Below, piece by piece: positions 20,601 to 30,307 of a DNA stretch of 64,000 nucleotides (position 1 is the first letter of the stretch; every line of letters begins with the position of its first letter). Both the position numbers and the translations under genes were made by a program. This DNA comes from a virus, in the IMG/VR virus record IMGVR_UViG_3300006793_000017, positions 27,814 through 91,813 of that record, one strand, 5' to 3'. Below the pieces are notes generated by a model. It was given only the letters and a program-made list of their open reading frames with translations, was not told where the DNA came from and did no database searches.

Positions 20601-21000
20601 CGGATTAAAAATTAATCCAATTACATTCTTTAACGGTGTAGGACTTGTAAACTACGGTCAAAAAACTAGAGCAAGAAATGCAAGTGCTTTAGATAGAATT
20701 AACGTAGCACGTTTAGTTGTGTACTTAAGATCACAACTTAATAAACTTGCAAGACCATATATCTTTGAACCAAATGATAAGATCACGAGGGACGAAGTTA
20801 AACAAGCAGTTGAGTCATTATTACTCGAGCTTGTAGGCTTAAGAGCTTTATACGACTTTGCAGTTGTGTGTGATGAAACTAACAACACGCCAGCAAGAGT
20901 TGACAGAAATGAACTTTATGTTGACATTGCTATCGAACCGATTAAGGCGATTGAGTTTATTTACATTCCATTGCGTGTCAAGAACACAGGAGAAATATAA
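17644..21000 (+). CDS. Tail sheath protein (gp18-like) with large insertion
   Basis: SPGVEV, PWFAPAG.RRG, INPI, SALDRINVARL, FEPND, VVCDETNN, IEFIYI. Confidence 0.95.
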   Translation: MALTSPGVEVTVIDESFYTPAEPGTTPLIVIASSQDKLNAAGTATAAGTLKANAGKAYKVTSQKELVDLFGVPTFKKTASNTPIHGSELNEYGLLSAYSLLGVSNSAFVVRADVDLDELEGSTTAPGANPADGKWWINSGSSAFGIQEWNGAAVTTTGGQKFASKTPIVLTDDDASKIDNGAPKTSVGAIGDYAVVFETVDGSGSFSASKENATMWYKSAGNGSTVTQGSWVKVGSNDWTASHPTIIGTAMTASSGNFTINGTNFQITGTLDDLVTAINGAITETQGIVARNVSGRLYLYSDGSLDDGVGDSSKSNAIIIDDGLSSPQVTFADLGVAKGTYYGPELHIAPHTSVPEFKTGDSTPRPTGSVWVKTTEPNNGARWRASKWSAATLSWVSYTAPLYANNSSALYTLDRAGGGVNIPTDSLYVQTNAEENSGYDESPMTASFRVFRRAATGVTKITSAVVDASTFTVGGNTFTIAESVKTSGALAAGIAVNFTAAGNAADAELMAGAINSAGFTNIEAAVTSSNTVEIMHKLGGDFRITDGTNTPVGAAFTVFNINTGLGTANFYTAPAGASENYVASNWKPLAADDFAASSNAPLAEPADGQLWYNPEFSDVDMMIHNGTTWVGYHNFSSGYANCSPDGPIVSATEPKASSGQSDGTALVDGDLWISTASLEDFPTIYRWDGNNLAWVLVDKTDQTTEDGVLFADARYGLAGSTGNTAATIKDLLTNNYLDPDAPDPALYPKGMLLWNLRRSGGNVKKYNNNYIDLTADNTRFGDEAMTSYATDRWSTQSGNQEDGSGSFGRHAQRMVVVQALKSAIDTSSEIRDEETRNFNLISCPGYTETMSNLVNLNIDRGLTAFVIGDTPLRLAADATSLLAYGSNSALVVDNNDNGLVTYDEYLGAFYPNGFTTDLGGANAVVPASHMMMRTIALSDQVSFPWFAPAGTRRGGISNATSVGYIDSATGEFQTVALNEGQRDTLYGLKINPITFFNGVGLVNYGQKTRARNASALDRINVARLVVYLRSQLNKLARPYIFEPNDKITRDEVKQAVESLLLELVGLRALYDFAVVCDETNNTPARVDRNELYVDIAIEPIKAIEFIYIPLRVKNTGEI

Positions 21001-21641
21001 TGCCTATTACATCACTTAACAACTTTGGAGTACCAACAGACGCAGGCAACCAAGTGCTCTTGATGCCTAAACTAAAATATCGCTTTAGGGTGACACTTTT
21101 AGGATTTGGAGTTAGTGCTGCAACAGAACTTACTAAACAGGTTGTAGATGTTTCAAGACCAAAAGTAGGTTTTGAAGAAATGCAGTTAGACGTGTACAAC
21201 TCAAAGGTATTCTTAGCAGGTAAGTATACTTTTGAAACACTAACATTAAACTTACGTGACGATGCTAGTGGCTTTGTACAGAAACTAGTCGGCCAACAGG
21301 TCCAGAAGCAGTTCGACTTTGTTGAACAAGCATCTGCTAGATCAGGTATTGACTACAAATTCTCAACTAAAATTGAAGTACTAGACGGTGGTAACGGTGC
21401 TAGTGAAAACGGAGTAAGCGTATTAGAAACAGCAAACATGTATGGTTGTTTCCTAACTAACGTAGACTACGGTGACGCTAACTACGCTACTAACGAAGCT
21501 ATGCAAGTTGCACTTACTATACGTTTTGATAACATGGTACAGTGGGGCGCAGGCGAGCAAGGCGTTGGCGTTGGTATTGGCGCAAACGTTGGCAGAACAA
21601 TTGGTGAATCTACTACAGGTTCTTCAGGCGCTCAAGGCTAA
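21000..21641 (+). CDS. Tail tube protein (gp19-like)
   Basis: Coupled to sheath; KYRFRV, RP, AGK, LRDD, YGCF, IRFD. Confidence 0.85.
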   Translation: MPITSLNNFGVPTDAGNQVLLMPKLKYRFRVTLLGFGVSAATELTKQVVDVSRPKVGFEEMQLDVYNSKVFLAGKYTFETLTLNLRDDASGFVQKLVGQQVQKQFDFVEQASARSGIDYKFSTKIEVLDGGNGASENGVSVLETANMYGCFLTNVDYGDANYATNEAMQVALTIRFDNMVQWGAGEQGVGVGIGANVGRTIGESTTGSSGAQG

Positions 21642-21663
21642 GAGATTTTACAATCAAGTAGAA

Positions 21664-21693
21664 GAAGCCCGGTTTATTTTCCGGGCTTTTTTT
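21664..21693 (+). terminator. Rho-independent terminator
   Basis: AAGCCCGG-loop-CCGGGCTT followed by T-run. Confidence 0.85.
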
Positions 21694-21709
21694 ATGGCTA
21701 AATAATAGT

Positions 21710-22813
21710 ATGGCAAATAAATTCACAAGATTCTTAGGCGATTTCGCAACAGGACTTACCCAACCTAAAGGTATTATGGGTAACTATACTCATGCCACAA
21801 GACTGTTCATTGATAACACAATGCGTCTTGCACCTAAGACTAAATTTAATTATTACGTTAGATTTGAAATGGATCCTATAGCAGTTAAGGCTGCTCACTT
21901 CAAAAGCAAACATGCTGAAGAAACAGGACTGTTAGTTAAAGGAGTAGACTTACCTAAGTTTACTTTCCAAATGGATACACTAAACCAGTATAATAAAAAG
22001 CATAACGTATATAAACGAATTCAATATGATCCTGTGCAGTTTACTATGCACGATGATAACCAAGGTGTTATAAGTGCTATGTGGGCTTTATACTATGGAT
22101 ACTACATTGCAGATAGATCTAATCCTACAGCAGCGTTTGATAGAGATCAATATAGAAATAAAGAAACAGGCAATTATGCATTTGGTTTTGATAACGGATC
22201 TACTGCGGACTTCTTTAAATCTGTTACTATCTTTACAATGGGACGTAGACGCTTTGTTGGCTACACACTAGTTAATCCAAAAATACAACAGTGGACAGCA
22301 GGTGGTATGGAAATGGCAGCAGGTTCTGAAACTGCTGAAAGCACAATGTCATTACAATACGAAGCAGTGCAATACACAGCAGGAACAGTCAGTCAAGGTT
22401 CGCCCAAAGGCTTTGCAAACTTACACTACGATACAGTTTCATCTCCACTAGGTATAGCAGGAGGAGGAACAGGATTACTACTAGGAGAAGGCGGCGTACT
22501 TGACGGACTCGAAGCAGTGTTTGGTGCTGTTGGTAACGGTAGTGCATTTGATAGTCCTAAGTCATTTTTAGGTACAGCAATTGCCGCAGTTAACACATAT
22601 AAAAATATTAGAGGATTAAGTAAAGAATCTATTATTAATGAAGGTGTTAATATTTTAACAAGCCCAGGTGGCATACAACAAATTTCAAATACAATATCAG
22701 GTGCAGCAGGAATATTCTTTCCGAAGAATGATGCAGCCAACGGAACTACTACTGCAAAGAAAAAAGTAACACGTGGCGGCACCGGCGTAGGAAGACAGGA
22801 TATAGGAACATAA
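21710..22813 (+). CDS. Tube-like baseplate/tail-tube initiator protein
   Basis: VDLPKF, NQYN, YDPVQFTMHDD, LQYE: tube-fold paralog. Confidence 0.6.
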   Translation: MANKFTRFLGDFATGLTQPKGIMGNYTHATRLFIDNTMRLAPKTKFNYYVRFEMDPIAVKAAHFKSKHAEETGLLVKGVDLPKFTFQMDTLNQYNKKHNVYKRIQYDPVQFTMHDDNQGVISAMWALYYGYYIADRSNPTAAFDRDQYRNKETGNYAFGFDNGSTADFFKSVTIFTMGRRRFVGYTLVNPKIQQWTAGGMEMAAGSETAESTMSLQYEAVQYTAGTVSQGSPKGFANLHYDTVSSPLGIAGGGTGLLLGEGGVLDGLEAVFGAVGNGSAFDSPKSFLGTAIAAVNTYKNIRGLSKESIINEGVNILTSPGGIQQISNTISGAAGIFFPKNDAANGTTTAKKKVTRGGTGVGRQDIGT

Positions 22814-22814
22814 C

Positions 22815-23180
22815 ATGCCTACTAATTTACCAGCAAAGGAAATACAAGATAGTGCAGCACGTACTAGACTTTACTTTGACCAATACGGTAAAGAACCTTT
22901 AGAATATAATGCTGTTGACTATGATGCAGCAATTGGATTTTTTAAATTAAAAGGTTTCGACGATAGTGCAGCATCAGTTGTTGCATCAGCATTATTAAAA
23001 CAGGCAAAGTTAGAAAACATGCCTATAACAAAAGTGTTAGATGATATTACAGGTTTAGAACAATTACAAATCAGTGCTTTGGTTGCTGAAATTCTAAATA
23101 ATAATAGACCATCAACTTCAACACTAGGCTATCGTACACCGGTAGAAGATGTCTCAAAACAACGTAATGTGAGTGCTTAA
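22815..23180 (+). CDS. Hypothetical structural-module protein
   Basis: ORF within tail operon. Confidence 0.55.
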   Translation: MPTNLPAKEIQDSAARTRLYFDQYGKEPLEYNAVDYDAAIGFFKLKGFDDSAASVVASALLKQAKLENMPITKVLDDITGLEQLQISALVAEILNNNRPSTSTLGYRTPVEDVSKQRNVSA

Positions 23181-23181
23181 C

Positions 23182-23622
23182 ATGCCCAAGTTTGCTCAAG
23201 GCAAGTTTGAAATGAAAAACCCCAGTAAGTATATTGGTAATAAAACACCAATGGCTCGTTCAAGTTGGGAAACTGTTTTTATGAGAATGTTAGATGAGCA
23301 CCAAGGTGTTGCAAAGTGGGCAAGTGAAAGTATTCAAATACCTTATAGAAGTCCATTAACAGGCAAACATACAATTTACGTACCTGACTTCTTTATTGTT
23401 TACGCAGATAAAAAAGGTAAGCAACATGCAGAAGTAATAGAAGTTAAACCTAAAAATCAAACCATGAGAGAAAATGTTGGCAAAAGTAGATACAATCAAG
23501 AACAGTATGTGCTTAATATGGCAAAATGGGAAGCAGCTACAGCATGGTGTAAGCAAAAAGGAGTACGTTTTAGAGTTGTAACTGAAGAAGATATTTTTCA
23601 CACCGGACCGAAACGAAGATAA
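23182..23622 (+). CDS. Head completion nuclease (T4 gp4-like, TnsA fold)
   Basis: RSSWE, WASE, IPY, YVPDF, EVKP, NMAKWEAA, FRVVTE. Confidence 0.88.
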   Translation: MPKFAQGKFEMKNPSKYIGNKTPMARSSWETVFMRMLDEHQGVAKWASESIQIPYRSPLTGKHTIYVPDFFIVYADKKGKQHAEVIEVKPKNQTMRENVGKSRYNQEQYVLNMAKWEAATAWCKQKGVRFRVVTEEDIFHTGPKRR

Positions 23623-23630
23623 GTAATAAT

Positions 23631-24137
23631 ATGACAAAGAAATTAGAGGAACTTTTTAATTTGGAAGAACAGGACAAAGAGCCTAAAATCGAAGAGCCAA
23701 CAGAGGTTGAAACTTCGGTAGTTAAGGCTGAAGAAATGGAAGCCGAAATAAAAAGTGTAGATCAAAGTTATCAAGCAATCCAAAACATTACTAAGGATTT
23801 ACCCGCAGTAAAAGAATTGGATACTCTAGGTGAATCAGACCTAGATCACTTAGCTGATAAAGCTGAGAAAGCATATGATGATCTTATGGATTTGGGTATG
23901 AATGTAGAGGTACGCTACAGTGGACGTATTTTTGAAGTTGCTGGAAGTATGCTTAAGAATGCAGTAGATGCTAAATCTGCTAAAATTGACAAAAAGTTAA
24001 AAGCAGTTGATTTGCAGATGAGAAAACTTAAACTTGACCAAGATTCACCCGAAGATCCCAATGAAATTGTTAATGGATCTGGGTATGTTATGCTAGATCG
24101 TAACGAACTTATGAAGAAATTAGGCGGAAAGGAATAA
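23631..24137 (+). CDS. Probable terminase small subunit (gp16-like)
   Basis: Helical, RIFEVAG resembling gp16 PRAYEV; upstream of TerL. Confidence 0.55.
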   Translation: MTKKLEELFNLEEQDKEPKIEEPTEVETSVVKAEEMEAEIKSVDQSYQAIQNITKDLPAVKELDTLGESDLDHLADKAEKAYDDLMDLGMNVEVRYSGRIFEVAGSMLKNAVDAKSAKIDKKLKAVDLQMRKLKLDQDSPEDPNEIVNGSGYVMLDRNELMKKLGGKE

Positions 24138-24145
24138 ATACTAGT

Positions 24146-24727
24146 ATGAAAACGTTCAATGAATATTTGACAGAAAGCAAGAAAGTATACAGCTTCAACG
24201 TAAAAGTAGCAGGCGAAGTTCCTGAAGGCTTTTGCGATAGACTAAAGGCCTGCATGGCTTCTAGAGAAGTAGTAACTTGCGAGGAAATGAATAAGACACC
24301 AGTTACGGAAGTTCCTTTGGATTTTCCAGAGTTGTCTAATATGGAAGTAACTACATTTAATCTTGTTACAAACTATCCTATTACTCCATTAGAAGTACAT
24401 AAGGCATGTTGTGAAGATTGTGGTTGCGCAGCAGAACATTGTAAAGTAAGAAACAGTGCCAACCCAACTGAAGAGTATCAAGTTAATGATGACAAAAGAG
24501 AAGGCGCACTATTACACGACAACGAATATAAAGAAGCAGGCAAAGTCAAATACAAAGACTACTTTGGTGATGAGTTTAACAAATCATTTTTGAAAGACTT
24601 ATCTAAAACTGCTAAAGAACGTAAAAAGGAATTAGGACACGACAAACTAAAAGCAGACGTTTTTGCAGATGTTCCTAAGATTAAAACTGACAAAGCGGGT
24701 GCTAAGAGCCCTGTAGGGAGTAAATAA
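24146..24727 (+). CDS. Putative internal head protein
   Basis: N-terminus MKTFNEYLTE resembles T4 capsid-targeting sequence. Confidence 0.55.
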   Translation: MKTFNEYLTESKKVYSFNVKVAGEVPEGFCDRLKACMASREVVTCEEMNKTPVTEVPLDFPELSNMEVTTFNLVTNYPITPLEVHKACCEDCGCAAEHCKVRNSANPTEEYQVNDDKREGALLHDNEYKEAGKVKYKDYFGDEFNKSFLKDLSKTAKERKKELGHDKLKADVFADVPKIKTDKAGAKSPVGSK

Positions 24728-25389
24728 TGAACTTTAATGAACTTATGCAAAGAATGCGTGAGCTTGATACAACTGATGCACCTGTCACAGAGATGCCAGT
24801 TCCAATGCCACAGGCTCCAATGACAGCACCAGAAGGTAAAGACAAAGCAAGAATGAATGTTAACATCAGTGCTGAAGGTGATGCTATCGAAGACGTATTA
24901 AAATTAATGACAAAGGTTAATCCAGATATGATTAACCAACCTGAAAAACCAGAAATGCCTGATATGCCAGACATGACTATTGCTATGCCAAAGCCAATCA
25001 ACAAATTGATTCCAGACTTTGATGGCGATAATGATGACAAGCCAGGCGGTGATATGGATATGGACATGGACAAAGATGACCATGATGCAGATCACGATAT
25101 GATCAAAGGTTTAGACAAAGACGACGATGGCGACCACGACATGGACGACCACGACGCAGAGAAAAAAGATAAAGAAGAAGCATATGCTAATGAGCCTGAT
25201 GAAGACCACAGAGACATTGACTATATGCAAAACAAATTAGCAGGTGGAATGAACCGTCCTAAAGGTACACATCCTAAAGTAGCTGACGGTGACAATCCTA
25301 TGAAAAAAGTAAAAGAAGGTGATGACCTAAGAGCTCAAATTAAAGCTGAACTTGCACAACGTTTAGCAGAAGCTAAGGGAGAGAAGTAA
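24727..25389 (+). CDS. Acidic D/H/M-rich low-complexity head-core-like protein
   Basis: DMDMDMDKDDHDADHD, DKDDDGDHD. Confidence 0.5.
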   Translation: MNFNELMQRMRELDTTDAPVTEMPVPMPQAPMTAPEGKDKARMNVNISAEGDAIEDVLKLMTKVNPDMINQPEKPEMPDMPDMTIAMPKPINKLIPDFDGDNDDKPGGDMDMDMDKDDHDADHDMIKGLDKDDDGDHDMDDHDAEKKDKEEAYANEPDEDHRDIDYMQNKLAGGMNRPKGTHPKVADGDNPMKKVKEGDDLRAQIKAELAQRLAEAKGEK

Positions 25390-25823
25390 TGGCAGATTTA
25401 ACACAATCAACAATCGGTGGCGGTAGCTCAGTAAAAGTTGCTGAAAACAGAAAACCATACGCTGACATGACAGCAATACATTACAACGGTAACAAAACTT
25501 TAACAGTTTTTGAAGTTGCATGTGGCGCAGCAGTAAATGCTCAAACAGGAAGCGGTTTAGCAATTGAAAGCATTATGCGTATTGTCGAAAAATATTGTAC
25601 TGTTGTTATTCGTGGCGCACTATATGGTACAAACCAAAAGTTTGCACTTGTAGTTGAGCAACCAAATGATTCATTAGATTATGATGGTGCAGGTGCTGAA
25701 ACACTTGTTGAGCAAATCGAAGATGAGATTATTGCACTAACTGATTTATCAGGTGCTACACCAGCACAAATTGACTTTACTGGTGTTACTTGTACAGTAA
25801 AAACTACACTAGAATTAGCATAA
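25389..25823 (+). CDS. Hypothetical virion protein
   Basis: TAATG-coupled ORF, GGAG SD, followed by terminator. Confidence 0.55.
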   Translation: MADLTQSTIGGGSSVKVAENRKPYADMTAIHYNGNKTLTVFEVACGAAVNAQTGSGLAIESIMRIVEKYCTVVIRGALYGTNQKFALVVEQPNDSLDYDGAGAETLVEQIEDEIIALTDLSGATPAQIDFTGVTCTVKTTLELA

Positions 25824-25842
25824 TACTGCTATTATAAGATTC

Positions 25843-25869
25843 AATAGCACCTTCGGGTGCTATTTTTTT
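25843..25869 (+). terminator. Rho-independent terminator (UUCG loop)
   Basis: AATAGCACC-TTCG-GGTGCTATT + T-run. Confidence 0.9.
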
Positions 25870-25883
25870 GAGTAAATACTAGT

Positions 25884-27473
25884 ATGGCAAAGAGTTTAGA
25901 TGGCGTTCAGATTAAGAAGGCCCACAGCAAACAAAAATATACGTTAGAAGAAGTCAAGCACTTAGAGGCTTGTATGGATCCTATTACAGGACCTTTGTAT
26001 TTCTGCGAAAACTTTTTATCTATTCAACACCCAACAAAAGGCTCGATGAAGTTTGTTCCTTACGGATTTCAACGAGAGCTAATACAAGCATACGCAGAAA
26101 ATAGATACTGTGTTGCTATGTTACCAAGACAGATGGGTAAAACAACATGTGCTGCTGGATACTTATTATGGTATACTATGTTTACACCTGAAGCACAAGT
26201 ACTAATTGCTGCACACAAATATACAGGTGCGCAGGATATTATGAATAGATATAGATACGGTTATGAAACTTTGCCAGATTTTATTCGTGCAGGTATCTAC
26301 ACATACAACAGAAACACAATTGAATTTGATAACGGTAGTAGAATACAAGCAACTACCACAACAGAAGATACTGGACGTGGTAAATCACTTTCATTAATAT
26401 ACTGTGATGAGTTTGCATTTGTGCAACCCCCAGAGAAAGCCAAAGAGTTTTGGACTGCACTTTCTCCTACACTGTCAACAGGTGGTAAAGCGATTGTTAC
26501 AAGTACACCAAACTCAGACGAAGATCAGTTTGCTATGATTTGGACAGAAGCAAATAAAAAGTTTGACGATCATGGTAATGATATGGGAGTAGGTACTAAC
26601 GGATTTTTTCCTTACTTTGCTCCTTGGACAGAACATCCAGATAGAGATGACGACTGGGCAGCACAAGAAAAAGCAAAGATTGGTGACGAACGTTTTAGAC
26701 GTGAATTTGATTGTGAATTCTTAATCTTTGATGAAACACTTATTAATAGTGTTAAGTTGGCTGAACTAGAAGGATCAGAACCTGTTATGAATACAGGTCA
26801 AACACGCTGGTATAAGAAAATTAATCCTAAAGCAACATACTTAGTAAGTATGGATCCAAGTTTAGGTACAGGTGGTGACTATGGTGCTATTCAAATATTT
26901 GAAATGCCTAGTATGGAACAGGTAGGAGAATGGCGACATAATTTAACACCAATACAACAGCAAGTAAGAACATTAAGAGAAATATTACAGTACATTCAAA
27001 GCGAATGTGCAAATGGCGGTAATCCAAATCCTACTATATATTATAGTGTAGAAAACAATACCATTGGCGAAGCAGCACTTGTTGTTATTGCAGATATAGG
27101 CGAAGAAAACTTTAACGGCTTGTTCTTAAGTGAACCTATTAGAAAAGGACATGTTAGACGCTATAGGAAAGGATTTAACACTACACACAAAACAAAGATT
27201 ACTGCATGTAGCGGATTAAAGAACTTATTAGAAAAGAATAAGATGAAAATACACAGTAAACCGCTTATATCAGAGCTAAAAACATTCGTAGCACACGGTG
27301 TTGGGTACGGTGCAAAAACAGGTGAACATGACGATTTAGTGGCCGCAACGTTATTAATTGTACGTATGGCTAACGTATTATCTGATTGGGATCCTAAGAT
27401 TTACGATAAAATGACAGAAAGAATGACGGAAGATCAGTTCCCAATGCCGATCTTCGTAAGTACAGGATTTTGA
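25884..27473 (+). CDS. Terminase large subunit (gp17-like)
   Basis: PRQMGKT Walker A, LIYCDEFAF Walker B, TSTPN, MDPSLGTGGD, VENN, HDDLV. Confidence 0.95.
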   Translation: MAKSLDGVQIKKAHSKQKYTLEEVKHLEACMDPITGPLYFCENFLSIQHPTKGSMKFVPYGFQRELIQAYAENRYCVAMLPRQMGKTTCAAGYLLWYTMFTPEAQVLIAAHKYTGAQDIMNRYRYGYETLPDFIRAGIYTYNRNTIEFDNGSRIQATTTTEDTGRGKSLSLIYCDEFAFVQPPEKAKEFWTALSPTLSTGGKAIVTSTPNSDEDQFAMIWTEANKKFDDHGNDMGVGTNGFFPYFAPWTEHPDRDDDWAAQEKAKIGDERFRREFDCEFLIFDETLINSVKLAELEGSEPVMNTGQTRWYKKINPKATYLVSMDPSLGTGGDYGAIQIFEMPSMEQVGEWRHNLTPIQQQVRTLREILQYIQSECANGGNPNPTIYYSVENNTIGEAALVVIADIGEENFNGLFLSEPIRKGHVRRYRKGFNTTHKTKITACSGLKNLLEKNKMKIHSKPLISELKTFVAHGVGYGAKTGEHDDLVAATLLIVRMANVLSDWDPKIYDKMTERMTEDQFPMPIFVSTGF

Positions 27474-27484
27474 TAAATAGTTAT

Positions 27485-29866
27485 ATGGACGCAACTAACA
27501 ACATAGCAACCGATCTGTTCTATAAAATTAGAAGCAGATTCAAAGGTTTAAAATTAGGAGATGCCGCTGGGTCAATTACTATAAACCCAGAGGAAGCCAG
27601 ATTCTTTGACTTCGATTATAATGAAGGAGATAAGAACATTGGACACGTGAGTATTAGTCTTGCTGAAGCAAATTCAATGAAAGTATACTTTTCAAATGGT
27701 ATTACTGAAGGCATGGATGATTCACAAAAAGACAATTGGTACGGATTTTTAAAAGAATTAAGAAAGTTTAGTAAGCGTCGACTACTAGCATTTGATACTA
27801 GAGACATTGCTAAAGACAATCTAGACCAAAGGGATTATGCATTCCTAAGTCAATATTCAAATCCTCAAGCAGATAATGACACTATAGTAAAACCAGTCGG
27901 AGAGAATAAAATGAACGAGAGCACCTTATACGGGACTAAGAAACAGAGCTTCCAAAAATTGGAAGATACAAGATTAATTATTAAGCACAGTAAAAAACTT
28001 GCTGATGATACAGAAATGAAGCCAGGTGATAGATCAAGAAATATTGCTGCTTTGTTTGTTGAAAACCAAGAAGGTGAAAGATTTAAATATCCTTTCATTC
28101 ACTTAGCAGGCGCAAGAGCTATGCAAAGACACGTTGCAAATGGTGGTGCTCCATATGATGCAATTGGTGAAAGCATTATTAAAATGAGTGAAGAGATTGC
28201 ACAATTAAAAAGTTTCACAGGCTATGTTGTACGTAACGACTTAATGAACTCCGACACAAATTCAGTTGTTGAACGTAGCAAAGGCCAACTTGATTCCCTT
28301 AGAGAAAGAATTGCAAAAATGTCTAAACAGGCTCACTACGAATCATATGTAGAAAGTTTCCAGGCACCAGAGGCAATGGAAGTTCCAGATGATGTAATGG
28401 AGCAATTTAAAGATCAATTTACAGTAAGAAATTTTAAAGAAGATTTAACATCAGTATTTCCTGTACTATACAGACTAATGAAAGAAGATGAAATTGTAGG
28501 CTATGACGACATAGTCGAAATGACAAAAACTGAATCAGACAAGTATCATTGTAAGGATTGTGGAGATGTAATGCACAAACCTACAACCGATTGTGATCAT
28601 GACTCACACGATGAGAATGGAGGACATTGGGTTGATGATAATGGTAACGGCATACATGACATGGATGAATCTAGTGATCCGTTTGCAGCATTTGAAAATT
28701 GGGCAATGGCATTAGGTGAAGATTCACCACTTACAGCAGGCAGCGACGAAGAAATTAAAGAGGCAGTTGCAAGTCTAAATGAATTAGTAAGCCAAGACTT
28801 TCCAGTAGGCGTAGATGGCACAAATGCTATTCAAAGTTTAAAAGGTATTATCGAAGACAACAGACTGTTTAACGATATTAAAATGAAGGCAAAGGAAGAT
28901 CCAAACGGCGATGCTCGTCCACTTGTTAAAGCATGGGTAGAAGAACATGCACCTGAGCAACTAGAAGCATTAGACTTTGGTGATATGGTTGATGAGCCAG
29001 CAGTAAGTGCTGATCAAGCAGAGCCACAACAAGAAGGTTTTATGCCAGACGAGTTCGAAGGCGAGTTTGAATGGGAAGGAACAGGCGATGACGGCGAAAT
29101 GACACCTTGCACTGTATCGTATAAAGCAAGTATTGAAGGCGATGACGGACCAGTAAGAATTGTAGTTGATCCTAAATCAATATCACTTGATTGCCAAATG
29201 GACGGTAACAGTAAATTAGGTTTTGATGCTGACATGGATCTTGAAATGCAAGACATGGACGAGTTAATGGCAGCATGTCAAGAGGACGCACAAGAAACAT
29301 ACGATAACGCAGATCATAAACAACACGAAGGAACACAAAAAGAAGGTAGAGTAAGTGATGCGTTAATTGGTGCTGAAGAAATTTTAGGTGACTTTACAGA
29401 CGAAGATCACAAATTAAAAATGCCAAAAGACAAAGTTAAAGATGCAATTAGAAATGGCAAGTATGACGCAGCTGATGCTATGTTTGCAATTGATATAGTT
29501 GACACAGACTTTGATGACGAAGGCAATCATATTGAAAAACAAGATGAGCCAGATTTTGGCGAAGGCAACAAGTTTTCAGGCGCAATGGATAAAGCCAAAA
29601 AAGCTGGTAAAAAGTCTTTCGAAGTTGATGGCAAGTCATATGATATTAACGAAGTAGCACAATTTATTGTAAGCATGTACGATAGACAAAGTGGTACTTT
29701 TCCAAAAGGTCCAGAAGGTGTTGCTACTATGGTAGACAAGAAGTTCGGCGAACATGCAGGACAAGTTGCTCGTAAAATGGTAGAGCGTATGGCACCGGCA
29801 CAAGAGCAAGGCGCAGAAGAAATCGAAGAACTCGAAAGAATCAAAACCTTAGCTGGTGCTTACTAA
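27485..29866 (+). CDS. Large acidic virion-associated protein
   Basis: TAAATA-N5-ATG at 27485; conserved-looking N-half, very acidic modular C-half. Confidence 0.55.
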   Translation: MDATNNIATDLFYKIRSRFKGLKLGDAAGSITINPEEARFFDFDYNEGDKNIGHVSISLAEANSMKVYFSNGITEGMDDSQKDNWYGFLKELRKFSKRRLLAFDTRDIAKDNLDQRDYAFLSQYSNPQADNDTIVKPVGENKMNESTLYGTKKQSFQKLEDTRLIIKHSKKLADDTEMKPGDRSRNIAALFVENQEGERFKYPFIHLAGARAMQRHVANGGAPYDAIGESIIKMSEEIAQLKSFTGYVVRNDLMNSDTNSVVERSKGQLDSLRERIAKMSKQAHYESYVESFQAPEAMEVPDDVMEQFKDQFTVRNFKEDLTSVFPVLYRLMKEDEIVGYDDIVEMTKTESDKYHCKDCGDVMHKPTTDCDHDSHDENGGHWVDDNGNGIHDMDESSDPFAAFENWAMALGEDSPLTAGSDEEIKEAVASLNELVSQDFPVGVDGTNAIQSLKGIIEDNRLFNDIKMKAKEDPNGDARPLVKAWVEEHAPEQLEALDFGDMVDEPAVSADQAEPQQEGFMPDEFEGEFEWEGTGDDGEMTPCTVSYKASIEGDDGPVRIVVDPKSISLDCQMDGNSKLGFDADMDLEMQDMDELMAACQEDAQETYDNADHKQHEGTQKEGRVSDALIGAEEILGDFTDEDHKLKMPKDKVKDAIRNGKYDAADAMFAIDIVDTDFDDEGNHIEKQDEPDFGEGNKFSGAMDKAKKAGKKSFEVDGKSYDINEVAQFIVSMYDRQSGTFPKGPEGVATMVDKKFGEHAGQVARKMVERMAPAQEQGAEEIEELERIKTLAGAY

Positions 29867-29900
29867 AAGACTTAAATAATACTCATTAACGGAGACTAAT

Positions 29901-30137
29901 ATGTTTAACTGGATTAAAAAGCTATTCACTTCATCAGAAGCTCCCAAAGCAGAACCTTTGGTACTAAAGAACGAAGTGAAAGAAAAGGCCCCAGCGAAAG
30001 CTAAGAAACTAACTAAAGCTGAGTTATCAAAAATGACAAAAGCTAAGTTAGAAGAAATAGGTAGAGACAACGGCATTGAATTAGATAGAAGGCTGACTAA
30101 AGCAAAGCTAGTTGCTCAATTACACAAGGCACTATAA
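29901..30137 (+). CDS. Small protein with Rho-N/HeH-like nucleic-acid-binding helix pair
   Basis: LSKMTKAKLEEIGRDNGI...LTKAKLV; GGAG SD. Confidence 0.6.
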   Translation: MFNWIKKLFTSSEAPKAEPLVLKNEVKEKAPAKAKKLTKAELSKMTKAKLEEIGRDNGIELDRRLTKAKLVAQLHKAL

Positions 30138-30160
30138 CAACAAAAAGTTATAATCTAAGT

Positions 30161-30187
30161 AAGGAGGCTACGGTCTCCTTTCTTTTT
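30161..30187 (+). terminator. Rho-independent terminator
   Basis: AAGGAGGC-TACG-GTCTCCTT + TCTTTTT. Confidence 0.8.
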
Positions 30188-30221
30188 GGCTGAATAAAAC
30201 CACATTTAGTTAAAATAACAG

Positions 30222-30250
30222 TTGACAAGATAAATAAAGTTGCATATAAT
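30222..30250 (+). promoter_or_regulatory. Sigma70 consensus promoter with embedded TAAATA
   Basis: TTGACA-17-TATAAT. Confidence 0.85.
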
Positions 30251-30307
30251 ATAACATATGCTTAGGCATGAAAGTGAAAACATATAACAAGGCTATAGGA
30301 GGCACAA

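Noticed and set aside
17694-21199. Numerous antisense ORFs over sheath (also over fibre, uvsX, helicase genes)
   Set aside because: Shadow frames caused by codon bias; no RBS/promoter or motifs
25884-27473. Intron/intein in terminase, helicase or uvsX
   Set aside because: Lengths and motif spacing are normal and uninterrupted
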